Shown here in pieces: positions 36,973 through 47,883 of a stretch of 64,000 nt of DNA. A program made the translations under genes and the position numbers. How positions within the stretch are numbered: the first letter of the stretch is position 1; each line of letters begins with the position of its first letter. The DNA is from Phaeosaccion multiseriatum (Eukaryota > Protista > Ochrophyta, other classes), in assembly GCA_965112735.1 (NCBI GenBank), contig OZ218960.1:3286001-3350000 (forward strand). Reading direction: 5' to 3'. The notes below the pieces were generated by a model that searched no databases, was not told the DNA's origin, and saw only the letters and a program-made list of their open reading frames with translations.

Positions 36973-39900
36973 CGCGTTTTTCTCTCCCTGTCTCCACTGT
37001 CTCTCCCTCCCCCCCTCTCCATCTTTTCCCTTCTTCTCTCCCTCCATCCCTCCCTCCCTGGCTCGCTCTCTGGCCCCCACCGCAACGTGGGCTCGCATCC
37101 ATCGCAGACACGAGAGCATGCCGCACTCCGAAGCGCGGAACCCACCCCATTGACTTACTCTGCCCCATTGACTCACTCTGCCCCATTGACTTACTCTGCC
37201 CCATTGACTTACTCTGCCCCGTGACTCACTCTGCCCCATTGACTTACTCTGCCCCATTGACTTACTCTGCCCCATTGACTTACTCTGCCCCATTGACTCA
37301 CTCTGCCCCATTGACTTAACTCTGCCCCGCGGCATACCCCTGCTGCCTCCTCCCTCCTGCCTCCTCGCTCCTCCTTCCTCCCTCCTCCCTCCTCCCTCCT
37401 CCCTCCTCCCTCCTGGCCAGGTGCTGAGCGTGAGTGCGGGCAACGACTACACGGGCAAGGGCTACTCCGTCTGCCCGAACTGCTTCAACCATCCCCCCCA
37501 GGGCCACGAGGGAGAGTCGGGCTTCAGGTGCTTCAAGTGCACGTGAGTCGTGGGGTAGGACTCCGCGTCGGCATAGACACGCACTCACTCACTCACTCAC
37601 TCACTCACTCACTCACTCACTCACTCACTCACTCACTCGCTCACTCACTCACTCACTCACTCACTCACTCACTCCTTCTCACTCACTCGCTCACTCACTC
37701 ACTCACTCACTCACTCACTCGCTCACTCACTCACTCACTCACTCACTCACTCACGTACTCACTCACTAGGGCACCCCTTTACTCACTCGCTCACTCACTC
37801 GCTCACTCACTCATGACTCACTTTTCCACTTGCTGGAACTGAGACTGACACTCTGAACCTGTGTGTATATATGTGTGTGTGTGGCTTCACCCTACCCCGC
37901 CTCCCAGGGCGGCGTGTCCGCTGGCCACAGGCACGGACGACTCCCCTGTGGCCACTTGTTCCAAGCCAAACTGCGGACAGAGCCTCGCGCTGCGCAAAAC
38001 GGAGGCGGGCAAGTGGAATCTTGCCTGGTGAGTGGGGGGATGGCAGTGGATGGGGGAGGGGAGGGGAGGGAGGTAGGGAGAGAGAGAGGGAGGGAGGGAG
38101 GGAGGGAGAGAGAGAGAGGAAGGGAGGGAGACAGGGATGTAGGAAGGGAGACAGGGAGGGAGGGAGGGAGCAAGATGGATGGATGGAGGAAGGGAGGGAG
38201 GCGGTACACTATCGACAGGTCCGCGTGAAGGAACACAAGCGCAGGACCAATAAGGCAATGATGGCAATCCCCCATAGAACGCTACTCAGCCAGAGTATGC
38301 CATTTGCTGCGATTGATTAGGACTGGGCAATTTGCCGTTTGCTTGTACCCGCTCATCCTTCACGCTCTCCCCGAATCTGCCCCCGTCAATGCCGAATCTG
38401 CTCCCATCAACGCCAAAATCTCCTCAACCTCCTCCCCTCTCCCCTCTCACAGCAAGGGCTATCCCGCATGCCAGGGGAGCACAGTTTGGCTTCCAAACGG
38501 GATCACGAGCGCATCACGATCGGACTCGCTCTGTCTGCGGTGCGGAGGGCAGAATGAGGACCAGGTCCACAAGCTGAAACTCACATTGCGGCCGGGCTCC
38601 TTCCCCCCCGGAACACCGGCTGAGTACACGGCCTGCCCGTTTTGCGACGAGCTGCTGAGGGAAAACGGCGGCAACGGGAGAGCCAGGAACTACCAGGCGA
38701 GGGGGGGGCAGCAGCGGGACAACACTCCAAGGGGGGGCAGGGGAGGAGGAGGAGGAGGCGGTGACGACGATGGCAGAGGAGGAGGAGGAGGAGGAGGAGG
38801 GGGAGGAGGAGGGGGAAGGGGGGAAGGAAAGGAGAACGATGTGTATGGAGACGCAATGAAGGGCATTGGCCCTGCCAAGGCGGCGCGGAGAGGGAGAGGG
38901 AGAGGCGGGCGGGGGGCGGGGGGGGCAAGGGGCAGCGGGGGGAGAGGAGGAGGGGGGGCAGGGAGGGGGGGAGAGGCCGAGGAAGAGGTGCGCGTGTGCA
39001 GGTGTGAGGGCTCCCCACAGGCCAGCCTTAACACCACACGCTCGGGACAGAACGAGGGCAGGCAGTTCTACGCGTGCCGTTTGGGCAGGTGAGAGGAGGC
39101 CTTCAGATGCCTCCAAAGGCCTACAGATACCTGCAGCCTGTCAGCATCACATACCACCCTACCCCTCTCCCTCTGTTCGGCCAACTCGATCTCTGCCTTT
39201 CCCCTCCTCTCTCTGTACGCCTGGGAAGTCTTGCCCCGCCTCTACCTCTCTGTACGACTGAATCGTTTGTGCTGCATGGCCTTGCCCCATCCTCCTCTGC
39301 CCTTTCTGTACAACCAACTCGCACACCATCCTTATTGCAGGGATGACGGCTGCGGGTACTTCTCGTGGGCTGATGAGCCCGAGCGGGGTAAGTGCACCAA
39401 GTGCACCCACACCAACGCAGCAATGCCTCAGGCCTGAGATATGATGATGTCACAATAGGGGACTTTTTCGGAGCCCGCCTTGCCCTTCCCCAGTGCTTAC
39501 TCCCCGCTTGTGCTCTCTTTCTGCTGCTTCCGCTGCTGCTGGCCCCGCAGGAGGGGGAGGTGGAGGGGGAGGTGGAGGGGGGGGCGGTGGGGGAGGAGGG
39601 GATGGGCGTTCGTGCCAGTGCGGGGAAGAAGCGGCGTATCGCACCTCTAGATCGGCAGACAACCCAGGGAGGAAGTTTTACACATGCCCCAAGCCAAGGT
39701 GTGTGTGTGTGTTGTGCATTGTGTGTCCGTGTATATGTACGTATGTATGTATGTATGTATGTATGTATGTATGTATTTATGTGTAGGAGATGGATGCATT
39801 CCCTTGACGCTTGCTCGACACCCCCCCGACTTGTCTCTGCCGTCTGTTGCCTTATCATCGCCACAGGGCAGAGCAATGCCACTTCTTCCAGTGGGACGAC

Positions 39901-40005
39901 GTTCCTGACGAGGGAGGGGGGGAGGGCATGGGGGGCGGAGGGGGAGTGAGAGGGAGAGGCCGAGAGGGAGGAGAGGGGGGGCGAGGGCGAGGCAGGCGGA
40001 GATGA
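31661..40005 (+). CDS. TOP3A: DNA topoisomerase III alpha (type IA) with C-terminal Zn-ribbon/zf-GRF domains and RGG tracts (many exons)
   Basis: TOPRIM motifs [18 protein letters not shown] and [10 protein letters not shown]; [14 protein letters not shown]; catalytic SYPRTET; AHPPIHPT; GIGTDAT. Two zf-GRF domains (NEGRQFYAC…CGYFSWAD; NPGRKFYTC…CHFFQWDD). Confidence 0.96.
37145..37328. repeat. Intronic 18-bp minisatellite CCCCATTGACTTACTCTG, about 10 copies
   Basis: Directly visible tandem array in a TOP3A intron. Confidence 0.95.
37582..37812. repeat. (CACT)n intronic microsatellite
   Basis: Directly visible in a TOP3A intron. Confidence 0.95.
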
Positions 40006-40555
40006 CTAGGTCGATGACGCCGCCGATGAAGGCGATACCTGAGCGAGTCATGTGTGAGGGGAAGCAGTGGCTGGCCTGAGGAGGCGAGAGGATGAGCGAG
40101 CGCGCGACGGGAGAAGAAGGTGAAAGATACATGCGTGAAGATGTGGCGGATTCGAGGCGAGCCAAGGAAGGTTGAGGGAGGCAGGCTGCATACACAGCTG
40201 ACGCGCGAGAGTAGTTGCTCTAGGCTTTTTTAGAACACCGCCTTCCCTCCTCACCTTTCTGCCTCTGCCTCTCTCTTTGCCTAGGCTGCGATCGTGTTTG
40301 ATATGTTGCTGCCCCCTCGGCCTTCCCATCGAGGCTCCCAAGTAGTGCAGGAGTGGTTCTAAAAAAAAAAAGGGAGGTTTGAATATGGCCTTCCCGGGGG
40401 GGGCGCCCTGTTGCCCTTGGCAGTTGGGCTCTGTTCTTTGGCGCGAGAGTGCTTTAGTAACTCGCATTAAAAGCTTCCATGCTGTTAGCGGGGAGGGAGA
40501 GAGCTCAGGCTTCACAACCATTCCCACACAGCACATCGCATCCGAGTCGATCATC

Positions 40556-41831
40556 ATGCGCGCTTTCCTCGCTACCCTCCTCCTGGCGTCATGCCTCGCC
40601 GCCCAAGGCCTCTACCTCGAGCAGGCGGATGACCGTGAGCTCGCCGGGAGTAGCAGCAAGAGCAGCAGCGGCTCCTCCGGCAGCGGGAGCTACCCCGCGT
40701 ACTTCCCGAAGGGTTTCAGCGGCTCCTCCGGGAGCAGGGGCGGCTCATCGTCCTCCTCCTCGGGCTCCTCCTCGGGATCGCATGGAGGAGGCATCTACCC
40801 CGTCCACGGCGGCAAGCACCTGGACTATGACGATATCAAGCTCCACCCCCGCTGGATCAAGGATGACCACGGCAAGTGGCTCTACAAAGTCCCGGTAAGC
40901 AAGAGCACTGAAGAGTTTGGCCTTCTCCAGCAACGTTGATCAATCACTTCGCTCACAAAGTACTAACTAGTTCCTCGCTGTCCCATGGCTCGACTTTTTC
41001 AAGGAGCCCAAGTGGCACGAGGAGTACGTGTTTGAAGACCCTGACCACACTTGCACGGTGAGTGGGTGAGCATGAGCGAGCGAGCGAGCGAGTGATTTTG
41101 ACAGAGCATCCAGACTGCATTTGCACCGGCCTTGAGACTCAGCGACTCCTTCTGCGACCCCCCTCCCCCGCTTGCTCGCTCGCCAGCATTACTGCAAGCA
41201 GAAGGACTTCCCCATGTACGGCATGGACTACTGCCACAGCTACTTGCCCTACTACAAGGACTACTGCATGGACTACTACCATCCCTACTACCACCCCTGG
41301 ATCTTCTCAAAGGGCCCCCACGGATTCTCGTCCTCCGGCTCGTCCTCCAGCGGCGGCTCTTCCTCCTCGTCTTCGTCCTCCAGCGGCGACCATAACCGCG
41401 AGCTGTGCGGCACGGAGTGCTTCCCCGAGGAGGACAGCCCCGGGCGCCACCTTCTGACCGAAGAGGGCGAGGCCTTCCACCGCGAGACGGGCGAGTGCCC
41501 TCCTTGCCCCGCCCGCAAGCTCACCACCTCCTCCTCCTCCGGCGACTCCTCTGGATCATCCTTCTCCTCGGGCTCCGGTTCAGGCTCCTTCTCTGGCCGC
41601 GGCTCGTCTTCTGGCAGCGGCTCGTCGTCCGGCTCGTCCAGCGGCAGCAGCCCCTTCTACCGCTACTGGGAGCCCAAGTGGCCCGAGAAGGAGAACATGT
41701 ACTGCCACTTCTACTACTCCATCTGCGGCCAGACTGTGGCGTATCACCTCAGTGGTAGCTACGGCTCCTCCTCGTCCTCGTCCTCCGGCAGCAGCGGCAG
41801 CAGCAGCTCCTCCTCTGGCTCGTCCCACTAG
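40556..41831 (+). CDS. Secreted Ser/Gly-rich, Tyr/His/Trp/Cys-rich protein with four RXL motifs (345 aa); exons 40556-40894, 41004-41057, 41187-41831
   Basis: Signal peptide MRAFLATLLLASCLAAQG. Phase-0 introns and strong C-ending codon bias. Poly-Ser/Gly blocks alternate with aromatic/Cys blocks, and EPKW occurs twice. Confidence 0.85.
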
Positions 41832-42567
41832 AGCTCAGGCCGCGCATTTGGCGCTGGCTTTCGCTAGCTCTCTATCCATGACTATATCTATCAAATGTAC
41901 ATGACCAAACGAACCTTTCAGTTCTCTGACACTTCCTATACCCCTCACGCCTCCATTCTGTGCGTGTGGGTGTGTATAATACCTCTGTGCGAGCTCACCA
42001 GTCGAGAGCGACACCCCTCGAGTTTTGAAGTGCGAGTGTGGGGCTCCTGTGGGCCTCGGGGAGAGAACGGGAGAGGCGAAGAGTGATGGAGTCGGAGAGC
42101 ACAGGAAGCCCGAGGTAGGTGGAGAGATACCAAGCCGTCATCACTCTCGTCACTCGTCGATGAAGCTTCCGGCACACGAGCAGAGCAGCAGGTTGGCCTT
42201 CTCTTGTTCCTTGTTCAGAAGCACGCGGGTAGTAGGGACCCAGTTAACCAGCCGCCCGCAGGGCCCGAAAAAATTGCAATCGCATATGCTATAGCAGGAG
42301 AAGGGTATATACTGCTCGAGGGGAGAGCAATATGCGAAAGCACAATCGCATATTGTGTTTTGTCGACACCCAGTATATGCGTTTTATGATATATATGCGT
42401 ATATTGTGCGGACACCCTATATATGCGTTTGTTACTTGCTCAAATATACGTTCATTCTCTGTCTGCAGCAGATACGCTCCTAATGACCTGCGCCGACGCA
42501 AGAGCTCTCCCGCGTCTCGGCAGCTCGGCAAGCTGCTCAGCTAAAGCAAGGTCAAGTACTTGTCTGC

Positions 42568-42780
42568 TCAGTTCGTCGTCGAATGCGGCCAGCCTACCGT
42601 GTCTGCATGCTCGCGGTTGTGACACAACATCACTGTCAGCTGAAGCAAGTCCTCCTTCATCTTGGCTTGGCCAGGACTGATCACCCTATTTGGGGTGGAG
42701 AAGACCCTTTCCATGAACGCCGAGGATGGCTGGATCAGAGAAGCGAGTTGCATCAGTCGGAAGAAGTGAGGAAGCTGATT
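42568..42780 (-). pseudogene. hAT transposase C-terminal dimerisation-domain remnant
   Basis: QLPHFFRLMQLASLIQPSSAFMERVFS…MKEDLLQLTVML matches the hAT P…LA…P.SSA..ER.FS motif. Confidence 0.78.
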
Positions 42781-43011
42781 GCTACGTGTAGTCGGCGCCC
42801 GACATGCTTCTGAGACAGGCCAGCCCAGAAGCAAGAAGCAGGCTGGCTGGCGCCGACCAGAACCAGGAACCAACCTTGGCCCTCATCATTGCCTTACTAC
42901 ATGGCTTTCCCCCATAACCTGGAACCTGCCGCCGACTAGCACCAGGAACCAGGCCGGCTGGCGCCGGCCAGAACCAGGAACCAGGGTCGCCTCAGAACCA
43001 AGCGGGCCGAG

Positions 43012-43900
43012 TGTAGCCAACCCTGCTATCGCTAGCAAGTCGGAAAGTGAGCCAATAATCTATGAGATGGGTGCAAGGTTGTAAAGTTTGGAGGCCTTGC
43101 CTCAGCTGCAGTAAAGAGCCGAGTACCCTTTGGCTTTAGGGTGGATAAGCTAAGAGTGAGGGAGCGCCACAGGCTACTACTCCCGGTGGGCTGTGTGCCA
43201 CCTCATTGTACATTGTATTATTGTAACGTTATACAGCCTATATGACTGCGTGGTGACAGTTACACGTACTAAGGCAATGAATGAGGCTGTAGGGGCAACA
43301 CTTCCTCCTCGAGAGAGAAGCTCGACTAAGAAGACTAAACTAAATGCTAAAAGAGAAGATGAGAGAGAGAACATGTTCATATGAATAAAAGTACCCAAAA
43401 AGGGTTCCCGAAGGGTTCCTTATCGGCGGCCTGCTCGCGGGCGTCGGCGTGACGAGGGGCCGCGAGACCGAAGGAAGCGTTTAGCGTCCTCCGCCAAAGA
43501 GCGACGAGGGAAAGAGGAGAGGAATTGCTCCCAAGAGAGCGGGAAGGTCATCATTCATGACGGTCAAAGGTTCCCAAGTATCGTCGGTGGCATTAAAGCC
43601 CTTCCAGGAGGTGTGAACCTGCCAGGGTGCGCCTTAAGTGGGATGTTGTAGGTCCTTGAAGGCGGAGACGACCCAGGAGGCTGAGGCGTGTGAGAAACGT
43701 ACTGCATACAGCCTCCGTTGGCCCGGCTCCCGCCGGCAAGCGTACGCTGGATATGCAAAGCATGCGAAGCGAGGGAGGGACAGGCCTGAACATTTCGCAG
43801 AGAGTGATACAGATTGAAGAGAAGGAACAGGCCTACATTGCCGAGAAGGGAACCGTCTCCCCCCGCCCTTCCGACGTCCTTCACCCTCTTCTGCCGAGGA
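43012..43900 (-). mobile_element. Truncated Ty3/Gypsy chromovirus: integrase C-terminus/chromodomain remnant, PPT (43301-43310), 3' LTR (43012-43300)
   Basis: Minus strand 43675-43532 reads WVVSAFKDLQHPT*GAPWQVHTSWKGFNATDDTWEPLTVMNDDLPALL. GAGGAGGAAG directly precedes TGTTGCC…GGCTACA (TG…CA, 289 bp, short terminal inverted repeat). Confidence 0.8.
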
Positions 43901-45026
43901 TGCGAGACATAAATAAATTGAAGTTTGACTTACATTTTTCCCTCCCTCGTGGCCGATGGGATGTACTTCTTAGTATATACGAATATATGGGCACACATTG
44001 GCCATTTATGCAGCTGAGCTGGGAGTACCTTTTACATTCTCAAAATATGCGACCACTTGCATGCTCCCAAAGCCCTGTATATGCGCCGCGATAGGCCGAA
44101 ATATAACGAAAATACAGCGAAGGACCACCCAACCCCATGCAACGTCGCCCGGCTGTAGCGCTACAAGTCCGAACATCCGAAGCTTGAAGGAGCACTGGGG
44201 AGGCACTCAAGACTGCGTACGGGATGTGTGGCGACAATGGAGGGCCTACCAAGTGCGGTGGCAGAGATATATATGCGATCGCGAGACTAACTCAGAATAT
44301 GCGACACCATATGCCCCAATATGTGAAACGCATAATCGCATATGCGTCTGTATAAGCGGTCGCATACTCGTATATTACATCGTATCCCAGCCCGAGCGCA
44401 ATATGCGCCTCTGTCGGGCAGTATATACGACGCAATATGCGATCCTCAAGGTTTGCAAGAATATGAGAATATGGTGGTGTTCTTAACTGGGTCCCACTCA
44501 GTCCGTGTGCTCGTGCGCTGCGTGTGTGCGCAGAGTGGGTCCTTCAGCGCGACCCAAGGGAATCGTCCCACATTCGCAATACATGTCCAAGAGAATAGGC
44601 CGATCGTCTATTACTAATGCAGTCTCCTATGTACCGTATCGCCCTGGCAGATGATTGTATATATAGCGGAAAGTGTAGATCCGTCAACAGGGGAGCTTCA
44701 CTCCGTCCTGGCAGACGCCAGTTCTTGTGAAATAGTCAACAAGCGGCATGTTAACTTTATAGTCGGAGCGAGGCCGGTCCTTTGGTCGGGAATAGAGCGG
44801 ACAGACAGACGGGCGGAGGAGGGCACTTCCCTTCACTTTACTTCACATATCCAATACCAGCCAGTGATTGAGCTGCCATTGATACTGCAGGCGGCGCTTG
44901 ACGCTGTGCTTGACATTCATGTACGGTACGGGCGGCTTGAGGGAGCGTCCCCCCGGTTCCTTAAGTCACTGCCTACGGTACCCGTCGTGAGGACGACGTT
45001 CGTTCGGCTCCTTTGCCCTCAGGCAG

Positions 45027-45428
45027 TCAGCGCTTCCTCTTGCGCGCCCCCTCCTTCCGCCGAGCGGTGTCGCCCGTGCTGCTGCCTCCGGCCTTGCCCT
45101 TCTTCCTCTTCGTACTGCTGTTGCGTGGACCCGCACCCGTGGCCTTGGCTTTGCCTTTGCCTCTCCTCCGTTTGTGCCTCTCTCTGGCCCTGCGCTCTCG
45201 CCGCTCGGAGTCGCTCTCATCGCCGCTGCTGCTATTCCGGCTGCTGCTACTGCTCATGTTGCCGTCCTCCTCGCCCTCCTCGTCGTCGTCCTCCTCCTCC
45301 TCCTCCTCCTCCGGGTCTTCGCTGCTACCGCGAAGGCTTCGCCCCCGCCCCCTCCTCGCTCGTCGCCCCCCCTCACTACCGCTGCTCCTGCTCCTACTCC
45401 AGCTCCTGCTCCTACTGCTGCCATCGCC

Positions 45429-45464
<36 letters not shown>

Positions 45465-47851
45465 AAGGCTCCTTCCCCGGCCTACCCGTCTGCTGCTCCT
45501 TCCCCCGCGGCTGTCTCTTCCGCTGCCTCTTTCGCGCCACTCGTGCTCCAGCCTTAGCCTGCCTGCATTGCTGGGCCTCCGAGCTTTGCCCTTCTGAGCT
45601 TTGCCCCTACTCGACTCGGAGTTCCGCCGTCTTTGCCGTCGCCCTGGAGTGGAAATATGAGAGAGACAGAGAGAGGAAGAGAGAGAGAGGAAAAGAGAGA
45701 GAGAGAGAGTGAGTGAAACGGGGATCATTTTCCTAGAAATCACATCAAATCAGATGAGCAGTTGCTGCGGGCAGTGGCACCTCCCGAGGGATGTGTTCGA
45801 CTCTCACCAACTGCCCCACCGACTGATGTATCACCAATTGGCGCACCTGCTGCCGCCGCCCTGGCCGAGGCCGATCCACGCCTCTCCGCCCGCCCCTCCT
45901 CCTCTGCGCTATCCTCTGCACTGGTCGAGGAGTAGTCCCGGTGCCACGTCCGCCTGCTGGAGCCCGGCCTATTGAACCATCGCCCCGACTCTTTCGACTC
46001 TTTCAGCCGCCGACCGTACCCGTTGTTGTTGACCCCTTCTCTCGCCGCATCGCGCGGTCGCTTGTCCCTCCAGCGCGGTCTTCCCTCCTCCTCCTCCTCC
46101 TCCTCCTCCTCCCTGCTGTGATGTCTGTCGTCCCTCCTTCGCCTGCTGCGCCGCTCACGCGCGTCTCTCTGTCGCTCGTCAGCGCTGTCCGTCTCGTCCC
46201 CCTCACTCCACCCCCCCAGGCCGTGCCGTCGCCCCCCTTTTCTGAACCGCTGGTCCCGCCTGCTGCTGTCCCGCCGCCTGCTGCTGTCCCGCCGCCTGCT
46301 GCTGTCCCGCCGCCTGCTGCTGTGCGAGAGCCGGGACAAGGGCCTTCTCCTCTTTTTGCCTGGGCCCACATAGAGGTCCCCCTCGCTCTCCTCGTCCCCA
46401 TCCTCTTCATCATCATCCTCCTCCTCCTCCTTCTTGACCGCCCTCCTCTTTCTGCTGCTCGAACTGGCAGGGCGCCCTCCCCTTCCCACCCCTCCCCGCG
46501 CCCTCTTCCGTCCTCCTGTGTCCAACACTTTCATGGTCTTCCTATTGCTCTTCCAATCGCTCCCTTGCACCAGAGCACTCGCCCAGGACAAGGTCCTCTT
46601 GAGCCCCTTATCCTCCCCCCCCCTCCCGCGCACGCTCCAGTCCCTTTCCCTCTCCCACCCCCAGGGACTCCTGTCATCCTCGTCTTCCTCGTCGTCGTCC
46701 TCGTCGTCATCATCGTTCTCCTCCCCGTAATACTCGTCCTCATCCACCGAATCGTCGCGTTGGCCCCGCCCCTCTCGCCGAGAGCGCTTCCTGGCCCTCG
46801 AGTGGCCGTTGGAAGATGCTGCGGCTGTACCACCAACTGCTGCGAGGCAACGGCCAAGGCCGTTCATCTTGTCCCTTCCCCGCTTGCCCCTTCCTACGGC
46901 GCCATCGCCACCGCTTGCCCCCTTCCCCCCCTTCCTCCCCTTCGCTTTCCTCCTCCTTCCTCCCCTGCTCCCCCCTTCCGCCGGCTCGTCCCTTCCGTCC
47001 TTCTCACCCCTACGCAGATTGTCGCGATTCGTGCGTCTCTGCTTGAGCGACGAGAAGCACAGCAGAGGCATTAGAGGCAGGCACATGATATTAACACGCA
47101 CGCACACACACACACACACACCCACACATCCCTTTGGAGAAGGCCTCTCTGAGTGTTGTGTTGCAGAGGCCAGACAAGCAAAAGCCCCTTCCCTCCTTCC
47201 CTCCTTCCCTCTTCTCCTCGGCCACTCACTTGTTTCTTGCCGCGCGCTGCTGCCCTCGAGGCGCCCTCCTCTCCCTCCTCTCCGCCCTCGCCGCCCTCGC
47301 TGTCCGTGAGTCTTCCTTGCGCCCTGTGTCTCCCCCCCCCACTGCTGTCTTCTTCCTCTTCATCCTCCTCATCGTCCTGCTCCCTCTTCACTGCCCCCCC
47401 CTCCTGCTCATCCTCCTCCTCCTCCTTCTCCTCCTCATCCTCAGGGTGGTAGTCCTCCTGCGCGAGTTTTTGCGTGCCCCAGAACTGTCCGTGGATGAGC
47501 CCCTGCGTGAGCGGTGGCAACGTCTCCCCCGAGTGCCCCGAGGACAGCTCCGGCTGCGACATGAACGTCTCCGCCTCCCCCTGCGCCTCCGCAGAGCCTG
47601 ATCCTGAGGCTGACCCTCCCGCAGCCCTTCCCCTTCTCCTTCTCCGACTCCCCACCGAGCCGGAGGCCGAAGCCCGCCCAGACGCCGCCGCATCACCAAC
47701 TCGTGTATGTGGCGCCGGTGTCATGGTCCTCCTGGCAGCAGAGGCGGGGCGACTCGAGCCTCCTCCCTCTCCCTCTCCCTCTCCCTCGTCTTGAGCTGCG
47801 AGGGTCGGGGTGAGGGTCGGGGTCGAGGTCGAGGAGGAGCCTCCTGCCGCT

Positions 47852-47883
<32 letters not shown>

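Larger units (their letters stand above)
42235..44495 (-). mobile_element. Degenerate hAT-superfamily DNA transposon, internally deleted
   Basis: Perfect 13-bp terminal inverted repeat GGGACCCAGTTAA (42235-42247 / 44483-44495), imperfectly extendable outward. Clusters of ATATGCG/CGCATAT subterminal repeats at both ends. Remnant of a hAT dimerisation domain inside. No TSD found. Confidence 0.78.

Noticed and set aside
37145-37328. Regular repeat array as a possible CRISPR (also 60088-60167)
   Set aside because: Units are head-to-tail with no unique spacers, there are no cas genes, and the arrays lie in eukaryotic introns.
42244-44486. piggyBac interpretation based on TTAA at both ends
   Set aside because: The TTAA is inside the inverted repeat, the sequence internal to it is not inverted-repeated, and the coding remnant is hAT-like.
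43690-44486. Plus-strand ORFs 43690-44094 and 43998-44486 as genes
   Set aside because: They overlap the antisense Gypsy remnant and hAT subterminal repeats and show no protein motifs.
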